A stretch of 64,000 nt of DNA from an uncultured Acidimicrobiia bacterium (GTDB lineage Bacteria > Actinomycetota > Acidimicrobiia > IMCC26256 > JAENVU01): contig CAVPAT010000005.1 of NCBI GenBank assembly GCA_963701625.1, forward strand, positions 3,146 to 67,145. The letters are read 5' to 3'. The notes below the pieces were generated by a model. That model was not told where the DNA came from and searched no databases. It saw only the letters and a program-made list of their open reading frames with translations. The position numbers and the translations under genes were made by a program. Of the stretch, positions 18,247-26,751 are shown piece by piece (position 1 is the stretch's first letter; the number at the start of each line of letters is the position of its first letter).

Positions 18247-18759
18247 TCACTCCGACGCTGCTGAACCGGCGGATGCAGCCCGGCGCGCCCGGGCCAGGAC
18301 GGCGGCGGCGGCGGTCGCCAGCCCGGCACCGGCGGCAATCTCGGTCCGAATGCCCTCGGGTGACTCCCGCTGAATCCGCTTGTGGAAGCGGTCCACCGCC
18401 GGTGGGAGCGGGTTGACCCCGAAGAAGTACTCACCGGGCTTGTCCATGTCGAGGATCGCCGCACCCGCGATCCCCGCGACGAGCGCGGTCCGCGGCGGCA
18501 GCCCGCCGGCGAGCACCAACCCGGCGGCAGCCAAGCCCAACAGACCGTCGCGCCGCGCGACCACAAAGAACCCGTCGCGTCCGAGTTCGGTATTGCCCCA
18601 GTGCGGGGTCAGGTCCATGATCACATGAGTCGCCACTCCGACCGCGAACGCGGCCACCGGGCGCCGACGACACAGCGTGCCCGCGATCGCGCCGGCGAGG
18701 ACGTGGTTCGTGATGAACATTGCCGTCCTTTCGAGGCCCTCCGCGATCGAGTCCGTCAC
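18247..18759 (-). CDS. Small integral membrane protein, possibly a YdjM/DUF457-like metal-dependent hydrolase
   Basis: MFITNHVLAGAIAG..VGVATHVIMDLTPHWG.. with 3-4 hydrophobic segments. The start is uncertain (18759 or ATG 18720). Confidence 0.45.
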   Translation of the reverse strand: MTDSIAEGLERTAMFITNHVLAGAIAGTLCRRRPVAAFAVGVATHVIMDLTPHWGNTELGRDGFFVVARRDGLLGLAAAGLVLAGGLPPRTALVAGIAGAAILDMDKPGEYFFGVNPLPPAVDRFHKRIQRESPEGIRTEIAAGAGLATAAAAVLARARRAASAGSAASE

Positions 18760-18840
18760 GCCTCGGTCTCATCAGGGCGAGGATCGTTCAGCGCCGCGCT
18801 GGGTAGTGTGCCGCGTCCTGCCCGCGATGATGGAGATCCC

Positions 18841-19596
18841 ATGAGTTTCAAGGTCGGTGTCCAACTCCACCCCCAGGTCGGCACCGTGGAAGAGCTGCGG
18901 GCGGCATGGAAAGCGGCCGACGCCATGGGCGCCGACAGCATCTGGATCTGGGACCACTTCTTCCCGCTCTACGGCGACCCGGACGCCAACCACTACGAGG
19001 CGTACACCTTGCTCGCCGCGATGGCGGTGGACACTGAGCACGCGCAGCTCGGGGCCCTCGTCACCTGCAACTCGTACCGCAACCCACAGTTGCTCGCGGA
19101 CATGGCCCGGACGGTTGACCTCCTGAGTGGCGGCCGCTTCGTCCTGGGAATCGGGTCGGGATGGTTCGAGCGGGACTACACCGAATACGGCTACGACTTC
19201 GGCACCGCGCGCTCGCGACTTGCAGATCTCGAAACTGCGCTGCCGCTCATCGCCGATCGCCTCGGCGCGCTCATCCCACCGCCCGCCGGGGACCTCCCGA
19301 TCCTGATCGGTGGCAGCGGCGAGAAGGTCACCTTGCGACTCGTCGCCGAATACGCCGACGCGTGGAACAGCTTCGGTCCACCGGAGAACTTCGCGCACAA
19401 GAACGCGGTGCTCAACGAATGGTGTGAGAAGACCGGACGCGCACCTCGGGAGGTGGAACGCACGGTGGCGATCCAACCCAACGAGGTCGATGCGATCCCG
19501 GCGTACCTCGAAGCGGGCGCCGAGCACTTCATCGTGATGGTCGGCGCGCCCTACGACCTCGGACCCCTCGAGACGCTTGTCGCCGCCCGGGGGTGA
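18841..19596 (+). CDS. LLM-class (luciferase-like) F420-dependent oxidoreductase
   Basis: MSFKVGVQLHPQVGTVEELRAAWKAADAMGADSIWIWDHFFPLYG..LVTCNSYRNPQLLADMARTVDLLSGGRFVLGIGSGWFERDY.. Confidence 0.8.
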   Translation: MSFKVGVQLHPQVGTVEELRAAWKAADAMGADSIWIWDHFFPLYGDPDANHYEAYTLLAAMAVDTEHAQLGALVTCNSYRNPQLLADMARTVDLLSGGRFVLGIGSGWFERDYTEYGYDFGTARSRLADLETALPLIADRLGALIPPPAGDLPILIGGSGEKVTLRLVAEYADAWNSFGPPENFAHKNAVLNEWCEKTGRAPREVERTVAIQPNEVDAIPAYLEAGAEHFIVMVGAPYDLGPLETLVAARG

Positions 19597-20141
19597 CGAG
19601 ACCCACCCTGTTACCACCCGGCGCGCGACCCGGATTCCTCGGAGCCATCGCCATCCCCGGAGATCTCTGGTGGGTCTGCATCGAGCCCACGCCCCTCGCG
19701 GGAATGGCATATCCACGGGCCGACATCTGGGACTCACTCGCCGACGTCGGATTCAGGCACGTGTTCGATCTCACGCGCGACGCGTCACGCTACGACCCGG
19801 CACCGCTGACCGGTCATGCGACCGCGCTCGCCGATCTCGTGGTCCGGCGCCAGCCACCGGACCCGGATCTCGACGAACGCCGCATCCAGCAGGCGGCCGC
19901 GCTCGTCGCCGAACGATGGGCGGCCGGCGAAGGCGTGGTCGTCCACTGCCGCGGCGGGCGTGGCCGCACTGGAGCTGTACTCGGCGCGGCCCTGGTCCGA
20001 CTCGGCCACGAGTCCGAAGCGGTGGTGGACTGGCTGCACCGGGTACAACGCACCCGAGGTCGGCGGGGCTGGCCGGAACAGGCCTGGCAGGCCGACGTCG
20101 TACGCCGGACCGACGCCCGGCCCGAGCCGGCCGCGGACTGA
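19593..20141 (+). CDS. Protein tyrosine / dual-specificity phosphatase-like protein
   Basis: The CX5R P-loop is VVVHCRGGRGRTGAVLGAALV. The GTG start overlaps the preceding stop (GTGA). Confidence 0.7.
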   Translation: MTRPTLLPPGARPGFLGAIAIPGDLWWVCIEPTPLAGMAYPRADIWDSLADVGFRHVFDLTRDASRYDPAPLTGHATALADLVVRRQPPDPDLDERRIQQAAALVAERWAAGEGVVVHCRGGRGRTGAVLGAALVRLGHESEAVVDWLHRVQRTRGRRGWPEQAWQADVVRRTDARPEPAAD

Positions 20142-20272
20142 CCTGCCGACTTCCCCTGCGCGTCCGTACGCGTCCAATGCGACCGTTTGCCGCCTCCCTG
20201 GTCATCGGCTAACAACGCGGTCGGCGGAGTGAAACGGCGCCCCGACCAGGTCGGGGCGTCGACCGGGCCCGA

Positions 20273-20935
20273 GTGCCCGAAGGAGCGTGGGTGGAGACCT
20301 CGGCGAGATCCGGACATGCAGCCCGATTCGCATGGGTCGTGGTCGCGCTCAGCGCGCTATGGGCAATCACCGTCATCGCGGGACCCACCGACAATGCGGC
20401 GCCGGCAGCCAAGGGATCGGCCGCGATCGCGTCGATCAGCCCCGACCCACCCATCACCAGCCGCGCCGCCGCGCTCGGTGCCGACGACGACCCGCGGCTG
20501 CCGACGCCCGAGGCGGTCCCGGCGCCGGAAGTCGTCCGGCCGGTCTCGGTCCTCGGTCGGATTCAGATCCCGACGATCGGACTCGACGCAAACCTGTTCG
20601 ACCAGATCACGACCGCGTCCATCGACCTTGGTCCGTCACACTGGCCGGGCAGCGCGCCGATCGGCGGCATCGGCAACGCCATCATCGCGGGGCATCGCGT
20701 CACTCACAGCGCACCGTTCCACGACCTCGACCGGCTCCGCGCGGGCGACCCCATCACGTTGATGGACTCCGGCGGTACCGCGTACACCTACACCGTGACC
20801 GAGAGCTTCGTCGTGTCGCCGGATTCGCTCTGGATCACCGACCAGACCCCCGAACGCACGCTGACGTTGTTCACCTGCCACCCCCTGCACTCCGCCGAGC
20901 AACGGCTCGTCATCCGCGCCGCCCTCACATCCTGA
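20273..20935 (+). CDS. Sortase (class E/F-like) with N-terminal membrane anchor
   Basis: ..FAWVVVALSALWAITVIAG.. is the transmembrane segment. ..GRIQIPTIGLDANLF..GNAIIAGHRVTHSAPFHDLDRLRAGDPI..TLTLFTCHP..RLVIRA shows the sortase His, TLxTC and Arg motifs. Confidence 0.8.
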   Translation: MPEGAWVETSARSGHAARFAWVVVALSALWAITVIAGPTDNAAPAAKGSAAIASISPDPPITSRAAALGADDDPRLPTPEAVPAPEVVRPVSVLGRIQIPTIGLDANLFDQITTASIDLGPSHWPGSAPIGGIGNAIIAGHRVTHSAPFHDLDRLRAGDPITLMDSGGTAYTYTVTESFVVSPDSLWITDQTPERTLTLFTCHPLHSAEQRLVIRAALTS

Positions 20936-21029
20936 ACGGCCCGGACTCGCATTGCACCAACCAGGAAGACCGGCCCGAGTTGCTTTCGCGGATATGGGTG
21001 CGCACCACCGGATAGGGTCGGTGGCATCA

Positions 21030-21139
21030 CACGGGAGTCCGGTGCGCCGGGCTGAGAGGAGGGCTCGGAGCCCTCGACCGTCCGAACCTGATCCGGGTCA
21101 TGCCGGCGCAGGGAGTTCTGTTCGCAGCGTTCCCGTGTC
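21030..21139 (+). promoter_or_regulatory. TPP (THI-box) riboswitch
   Basis: ..GGGCUGAGAGGAGGGCUCGGAGCCCUCGACCGUCCGAACCUGAUCCGGGUCAUGCCGGCGCAGGGAG.. contains the conserved CUGAGA and ACCUGAUCCGG.UAAUGCCGGCG.AGGGA cores. A P1-like pairing joins ACACGGGA (21030-21037) to UCCCGUGU (21132-21139). The site is immediately 5' of the GAGGAG SD of the TPK gene. Confidence 0.85.
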
Positions 21140-21159
21140 GGCGACCCGAGGAGCGCGCC

Positions 21160-21798
21160 GTGCACGCAGTTGTGATCGCCGGGGGTGACCCACCGTCGTC
21201 CGCGCAACTCGCGGCGATTCCCGCCCGCGCCCTGCTGATCGCGGCCGACTCCGGCATCGGCGCGCTCCATCGCGCCGATCTCGTCCCGCACGCGCTGATC
21301 GGCGACCTTGACTCCGCCGACCCGGCCGACGTGGCTCGTGCCCGCGAACTCGGCGTTCGAATCGAGACCCACCCCGAGGACAAGGATGCAACGGACCTCG
21401 AGTTGGCCCTTGCGTTCGCACGTGACGAAGGCGCTGAGCGAGTGACCGTGCTCGGCCTGGGTGGCGGTCGAGTCGACCACTTCCTCGCCAACATCCTGCT
21501 CCTGGCCCATGACCAGTGGGATCGACTCATCATCGACGCGCACACCGCAGACAGCACCGTGACCGTCGTGCGCGGCACCCGAACCCTCGAGGGAGCGACC
21601 GGCGCGGTCGTGACCCTGCTCGCCCTCAACGGACCCGCCGCCGGCGTGACCACGGTCGGTCTGCGGTGGGCGCTCACCGACGCCACACTCACCCCTGCCT
21701 CCACCCGAGGGGTCAGCAACGAGATCCTGTCGGCACCGGCCAGCATCTCGGTCACCAGTGGGGTGGTCGTCGCCATCGAACCCGCAAGAGCACCGTGA
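21160..21798 (+). CDS. Thiamine pyrophosphokinase
   Basis: (GTG)HAVVIAGGDPP..LLIAADSGIGAL..PHALIGDLDS..HPEDKDATDLELAL..VTVLGLGGGRVDHFLANI... GAGGAG lies 6 nt upstream of the start. The ORF-track start at 21100 falls inside the riboswitch. Confidence 0.8.
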   Translation: MHAVVIAGGDPPSSAQLAAIPARALLIAADSGIGALHRADLVPHALIGDLDSADPADVARARELGVRIETHPEDKDATDLELALAFARDEGAERVTVLGLGGGRVDHFLANILLLAHDQWDRLIIDAHTADSTVTVVRGTRTLEGATGAVVTLLALNGPAAGVTTVGLRWALTDATLTPASTRGVSNEILSAPASISVTSGVVVAIEPARAP

Positions 21799-22850
21799 CA
21801 CCGAGCCGCCGAACCCATCGGCTCCTCGCTGCATTCAGCGTCCTCGCGTTCTTCGCACCAGCGTGTTCCACCGCCGCGGACGATCCCCGAACCGTCACCC
21901 TCGTCACGCACGATTCGTTCGCCGTCTCCAAGCCCGTGCTGCGCGCCTTCACCGAGGAGACCGGCCTGACCGTGAAGGTCGTCCAGAACGGTGACGCCGG
22001 GGCGGCGCTGAACCAGGCGATCCTGACGAAGGGTGCGCCACTGGGCGACGTGCTCTTCGGGGTCGACAACACCTTCCTCACCCGCGCGCTGGACCAGGAC
22101 CTCTTCACGAAATATCGCCCGGACGGACTTGACCAGGTCCCCGAGTCCCTGCGGCTCGACCCCACCGGCCACGCGACACCGATCGACTTCGGCGACGTGT
22201 GTGTGAACGCGGACCGCGAGTACTTCGCCGACCGGTCCGAGTCGCCCCCTCGTTCCCTCGACGACCTCGCCGACCCGAAGTACCGGGACCTTCTCGTCGT
22301 CGAGAATCCGGCGACGTCGTCCCCGGGACTCGCGTTCGTCGCGGCCACGGTGGCGAACTACGGCGACGCGTGGCTCGGCTACTGGGACCGGCTCCGAGCC
22401 AACGGCGTGCTCGTCGTCGACGGCTGGGAGACCGCGTACAACGGCGAATTCTCGGGGGCCGGCGGTGGGGACGGCACCCGCCCCCTCGTCGTCAGCTACG
22501 CCTCGAGCCCGGCCGCAGAGATGTTCTTCGCCGATCCCCCGCCCGACGTTCCACCCACCAGCAACCTGGACACAACCTGCTTCCGGCAGGTCGAGTTCGC
22601 CGGAGTCCTGCGCGGCGCATCGAACCTCGCGGGCGCGCGCAAGCTCGTGGACTTCATGTTGACGCGTCGCTTCCAGGAGGACGTGCCGCTGAATATGTTC
22701 GTGTACCCGGCGGTCGGCGATACCCCGCTGCCGCCGGTCTTCACGAAGTACGCGATGGCGCCGGCCGCGCCGTCGCAACTGTCGCCGGCAGAGATCGGTC
22801 GACACCGCGACGAGTGGATCAAGGCATGGACCGACCGCATGCTCCGCTGA
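21795..22850 (+). CDS. thiB: Thiamine ABC transporter substrate-binding lipoprotein
   Basis: The GTG at 21795 overlaps the TPK stop. The lipobox-like signal is ..LAAFSVLAFFAPAC. ..VTLVTHDSFAVSKPVLRAFTEETGLTVKVV..GAPLGDVLFGVDNTFL.. is family-1 SBP, TbpA-like. Confidence 0.75.
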   Translation: MTPSRRTHRLLAAFSVLAFFAPACSTAADDPRTVTLVTHDSFAVSKPVLRAFTEETGLTVKVVQNGDAGAALNQAILTKGAPLGDVLFGVDNTFLTRALDQDLFTKYRPDGLDQVPESLRLDPTGHATPIDFGDVCVNADREYFADRSESPPRSLDDLADPKYRDLLVVENPATSSPGLAFVAATVANYGDAWLGYWDRLRANGVLVVDGWETAYNGEFSGAGGGDGTRPLVVSYASSPAAEMFFADPPPDVPPTSNLDTTCFRQVEFAGVLRGASNLAGARKLVDFMLTRRFQEDVPLNMFVYPAVGDTPLPPVFTKYAMAPAAPSQLSPAEIGRHRDEWIKAWTDRMLR

Positions 22851-24427
22851 GCGGGCGTGGACCGAGGGTCGGGCTCGCGCTCGTGCCGCTCGGGTTTCTC
22901 GCGGTCTTCTTCGTCTGGCCGGTCGGCACGATCCTGGCGCGGGGCCTCGACAGCACCAACGGCTTCGGGACCGAAACGCTGGCCGCAGTCCTCGGCGACG
23001 CGCGCTTCCGCGAGATCATCTGGTTCACTGTCGTCCAAGCCGCGCTGTCCACGTTGCTGACCCTGGCGATCGGCCTGCCGGTCGCCATGGTGCTCGGTCG
23101 GTACCGATTCCGGGGCCACGGACTCCTTCAAGCGGTCGTCACGGCGCCGTTCGCACTGCCGACCATCGTCGTCGCGCTGGCCTTCACATCCCTCGGCATC
23201 CAACGGTCGCTCGTTGCGATCCTGCTCGCCCACTGCTTCTTCAACGTGGCCGTCGTCGCACGGGTCGTCGGCGGCGCCGCGGAGCGCCTGGACCGCGGGC
23301 CGGCCGACGCGGCGCGGATGCTCGGCGCCGGGAGGGTCGCGACATTCCGGGCCGTGACGTGGCCCGCACTCCGGGGCTCGGTGCTCGCCGCCGCATCCGT
23401 GGTGTTCCTGTTCTGTTTCACCTCGTTCGGGGTGATCCTGGTCCTCGGCGATGCCGGTACCGCGACGATCGAGACCGAGATCTACCGACAGACCGCGCAA
23501 CTACTCGACCTCCAAACCGCGGCCGCGCTCTCCATCATCCAACTCGTCGCGGTCATCGGTGTGCTCGTCGCGGCCGGCGCGTTCGGGCGGCGCGTCGGGG
23601 CCGGCCAACGGGCACCGCACGGCCGCGAACGATTGACGACCCGCCGATCCCGCCTGCTGGCCGCGGTCGCGGTGCTGCCCACGCTGGTGCTCGTCCTCGT
23701 CCCGACCATCGAGTTGCTGCGCCGCGCGGCGGCGAATCGGGCGTACGGCTTCCGTCATCTGACCGACACGCCGACCGGGCTCGCGACCAGCCCGGCGCAG
23801 GCGGTGCTCACGTCAATCGGAATCGCGATCGCCGCAACGGCGATCGCCGCGACCCTCGGGTTGCTGCTGGCGACTGCGCTGACCGGACTGCGTCGTCCCA
23901 GTCGACTCGTCCGGGCCACGGAAGCACTCGTGGTCATTCCACTCGGCGTCTCCGCGGTCACCGTCGGGTTCGGATTTCTCATCACGTTCGACGCGCCACC
24001 GATGAATCTGCGCGCGTCGTGGTGGATCATTCCGATCGCCCACGCGCTGGTCGCGCTGCCGTTCGTCCTGCGCGCCACCGTGCCGGTCCTCCGGACGATC
24101 GACCATCGCCAGCGGGAAGCGGCAACGATGCTCGGCGCCTCCGCGCCATCCGTCTGGCGCGCGGTCGACGCGCCCGTCGTCGCTCGTGCTGCCGCCGTTG
24201 CGTCGGCCTTCGCGTTCGCGATCTCCCTCGGCGAGTTCGGTGCGACGCTGTTCATCGTCCGCCCGACCACAACCACGGTCCCCGTCGCGATCTACCGGCT
24301 GCTCAGCCAGCCCGGTACCACCAACCGCGATCTGGCGATGACCCTCGCTGCGCTCCTCATGCTGCTCACCGGGGCGGTTGCATACCTCAGTACCGTTGTC
24401 GGCGCTCGGCACCGGAGCGCACGCTGA
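22826..24427 (+). CDS. thiP: Thiamine/iron(III)-type ABC transporter permease (duplicated, 12-TM ThiP-like)
   Basis: The ATG at 22826 lies inside ORF 22199..24427. There are two tandem permease halves, each with an EAA-like loop (..DAARMLGAGRVATFRAVTWP.. and ..REAATMLGASAPSVWRAVDAP..). The size of ~533 aa matches ThiP. Confidence 0.75.
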   Translation: MDRPHAPLSGRGPRVGLALVPLGFLAVFFVWPVGTILARGLDSTNGFGTETLAAVLGDARFREIIWFTVVQAALSTLLTLAIGLPVAMVLGRYRFRGHGLLQAVVTAPFALPTIVVALAFTSLGIQRSLVAILLAHCFFNVAVVARVVGGAAERLDRGPADAARMLGAGRVATFRAVTWPALRGSVLAAASVVFLFCFTSFGVILVLGDAGTATIETEIYRQTAQLLDLQTAAALSIIQLVAVIGVLVAAGAFGRRVGAGQRAPHGRERLTTRRSRLLAAVAVLPTLVLVLVPTIELLRRAAANRAYGFRHLTDTPTGLATSPAQAVLTSIGIAIAATAIAATLGLLLATALTGLRRPSRLVRATEALVVIPLGVSAVTVGFGFLITFDAPPMNLRASWWIIPIAHALVALPFVLRATVPVLRTIDHRQREAATMLGASAPSVWRAVDAPVVARAAAVASAFAFAISLGEFGATLFIVRPTTTTVPVAIYRLLSQPGTTNRDLAMTLAALLMLLTGAVAYLSTVVGARHRSAR

Positions 24428-25422
24428 TGCTGCGCGCCCGAGGACTCACGGTCCGCTACGACGAGGTTCTTGCGCTCGACGACGTCGACCTGGATTCCGG
24501 TTCCGGCATCACGGCGGTGATCGGACCAAGTGGGAGTGGGAAGACCACGCTGCTCCGGGCGTTGGCCGGCCTCGAACCGCTCGCGCGCGGCACCATCACC
24601 TGGGGCGACACCGAACTCACGACCATCGCGCCACATCGTCGTGGCCTCGGACTGATGTTCCAGGACCATGCGCTGTTCGAGGGTCGCAACGTCCGCGGCA
24701 ATGTGGACTTCGGGCTGCAGATGGCGAGACACGCGGCGGCGGAACGGCGAGCGCGAACCGACGAGATGCTCGACCTCGTCGGTCTCGCCCACCTCGGCGA
24801 CCGATCCGTCGACCAACTCTCCGGGGGCGAACAGCAACGGGTGGCGCTCGCCCGCGCGCTCGCGCCCGGCCCGCGGTTACTGATGCTCGACGAACCACTC
24901 GCGTCGGTCGACCGCGAACGCCGCGACCAGCTGGCGCGCGACCTCGCTCGCATCCTGCGCAGCGAAGCCATCCCGACGCTCCTGGTCACCCACGACCTCG
25001 ACGAGGCCTTTACCTTGGCCGACTCGGTGGTGATCCTCGATCAGGGACGGGTCATCCAAACCGGCGCGACCGAAACCGTCTGGCGGGCGCCGGCCACCGC
25101 AGCGGTCGGCGGCTTTCTCGGTGTCGTCAACTGGCTCGACCGCCCGGCCGCAGCTGGACAGGTGACGACACCGTGGGGCGCCGTTCCGACCCGACTGGCC
25201 GGCACTGCCCGGGTCGGATTTCGGGCGGCCGATCTGCGTATCGATCCGGCCGGGGAGATCGGGGGATCGGTCACCGCGGTCTGGTTTCGGCGCGACCATT
25301 ACGAGGTGGAGGTCGACTGCACGATCGGAGCGCTCCGGGCGACCGTGCGCACGCGCGTGAGCGTGGGCGAACCCGTGCGGGTCACGGCTGACCTCGCGGC
25401 CGCCGTCGTGGTCGCCGAATAG
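24427..25422 (+). CDS. thiQ: ABC transporter ATP-binding protein with a C-terminal TOBE-like extension
   Basis: Walker A is GPSGSGKTT, the signature is LSGGEQQRVALARAL and Walker B is LLMLDEPL. The ATG overlaps the permease stop. Confidence 0.75.
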   Translation: MLRARGLTVRYDEVLALDDVDLDSGSGITAVIGPSGSGKTTLLRALAGLEPLARGTITWGDTELTTIAPHRRGLGLMFQDHALFEGRNVRGNVDFGLQMARHAAAERRARTDEMLDLVGLAHLGDRSVDQLSGGEQQRVALARALAPGPRLLMLDEPLASVDRERRDQLARDLARILRSEAIPTLLVTHDLDEAFTLADSVVILDQGRVIQTGATETVWRAPATAAVGGFLGVVNWLDRPAAAGQVTTPWGAVPTRLAGTARVGFRAADLRIDPAGEIGGSVTAVWFRRDHYEVEVDCTIGALRATVRTRVSVGEPVRVTADLAAAVVVAE

Positions 25423-25431
25423 GGTCGACCC

Positions 25432-26313
25432 ATGAGCGAGGCTCCTCTGCGCGTCGGGCTGGCCGGTGCAGGGCCGTGGGCCGAGCATGTCCACGCGCCG
25501 CTGCTGGCCGCGGGACCCGAGACCGAACTCGTCGGCATCTGGTCACGGACAGCGGACCACGCGGCGGTTCTCGCATCGAAACACAACGTCGAGCACTTCC
25601 CGACCTACGAAGCCCTCATCGGCGAGGTCGACGCGGTCGCGCTCGCCGTGGTTCCCGCAGCCCAGCCGTCGCTCGCGGTGCAAGCGGCTGACGCCGGCAA
25701 AGCGCTGCTCCTCGAGAAACCGCTCGGACTCGACGTCGCCGCAGCCACGCGGGTCGCGGATGCAGTGGCCGCCAACGGCGTCGGTTCGGTGATGGTGCTC
25801 ACCTACCGCTTCGCCGACGTCGTCCGCGACTTCCTCACCGAGGCCGCGACCATGACTCCGCACGGGGCCCGTGCATGTTTCATTTCCGGCGCATTCCTCG
25901 GCGGAGCGTTCGCCGGCGGCTGGCGCCTCGAACTCGGCGCCATTCTCGACGTCGGACCCCACATCCTCGACCTCGTGGAGGCTGCAGCCGGGCCAGTGGT
26001 CGACGTGCGCGGCTACGGCGATCCCCAGCAATGGGTGTCGCTGCAACTCCGTCACGAGAACGACTGTGTGAGTGACGTCGTACTGTCATGCGCGAGCGCG
26101 ATCGAACCGAGCCGCACCGAGGTCGAGCTGTACTCGTCGGACCGTGCGCTCGCGGTCGATGCCCGAGCGGGCGCCCGCGCCGAATCGTTTTCCCGGTTGC
26201 GCGCCGAGTTCGTTGCGACGGCGCGATCCGGGGACCCACACCCCTGCGACGCCTCCCGCGGTCTCCAGATCCAGCGTTTGGTGGCCCGATCCCAAGCCGC
26301 AGTGTCCCGGTGA
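25432..26313 (+). CDS. Gfo/Idh/MocA family oxidoreductase
   Basis: ..LRVGLAGAGPWAEHVHAPLL..ALLLEKPLGLD.. shows a Rossmann fold plus the EKP motif. Confidence 0.75.
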   Translation: MSEAPLRVGLAGAGPWAEHVHAPLLAAGPETELVGIWSRTADHAAVLASKHNVEHFPTYEALIGEVDAVALAVVPAAQPSLAVQAADAGKALLLEKPLGLDVAAATRVADAVAANGVGSVMVLTYRFADVVRDFLTEAATMTPHGARACFISGAFLGGAFAGGWRLELGAILDVGPHILDLVEAAAGPVVDVRGYGDPQQWVSLQLRHENDCVSDVVLSCASAIEPSRTEVELYSSDRALAVDARAGARAESFSRLRAEFVATARSGDPHPCDASRGLQIQRLVARSQAAVSR

Positions 26314-26741
26314 TCACCGTTCTGGCGATCGGCGTGATCGGGCTCGTCGCCGTCGGCGGGGCGGTCATCGGTGTGCGTCACCTGTACCTGCGCGCCGATC
26401 GGCCGGGCGGGTTCGACTGCTCGTTGCGGGTCGTGGAGGGCAGCGTCGACGGCCTCAGTGCTCGCTTTCGCGCGGGATACGCCGGGCCCGAGCTGGACCG
26501 CCTCCGCTGGCGACGCATCGCTCGGCCGGGACCCGCCGTGGTGTTGCCACCCAAAGGCATCGTGCTCGATGGGGCCCGGTCTCCCCGCGCCGGCGAGCGC
26601 CGATCCATCCCCGCGCGGTTTGTCATCGTTCCGCTCGACATGGATGACCGCACCCGCCTGGAACTCGCGCTCTCGCGCCGGAAGTTCGCGCGCCTCGTCG
26701 ACCTGCTCCAACACCCGCCCGCCGGGCGACCCCGCCGGTAG
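26310..26741 (+). CDS. DUF2550-like small membrane protein
   Basis: The GTG at 26310 overlaps the upstream stop. (V)ITVLAIGVIGLVAVGGAVIGVRHLYLRADRPGGFDCSLRVV..LRWRRI.. has an N-terminal transmembrane helix plus a PH-like domain, the pattern of actinobacterial DUF2550. Confidence 0.5.
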   Translation: MITVLAIGVIGLVAVGGAVIGVRHLYLRADRPGGFDCSLRVVEGSVDGLSARFRAGYAGPELDRLRWRRIARPGPAVVLPPKGIVLDGARSPRAGERRSIPARFVIVPLDMDDRTRLELALSRRKFARLVDLLQHPPAGRPRR

Positions 26742-26751
26742 CGTGCGGCCG

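Noticed and set aside
21100-21159. The ATG at 21100 as the start of the thiamine pyrophosphokinase
   Set aside because: It lies inside the conserved core of the TPP aptamer. The GTG at 21160, with GAGGAG 6 nt upstream, begins the conserved VIAGG region.
21027-22805. A 592-aa minus-strand ORF opposite the thiamine operon, and similar long shadow ORFs at 27331..28410, 41577..43310, 47884..48921, 50914..52386, 54567..56084 and 61921..63021
   Set aside because: All are shadow ORFs of recognisable genes on the other strand. They have no motifs and a biased RPGA composition.
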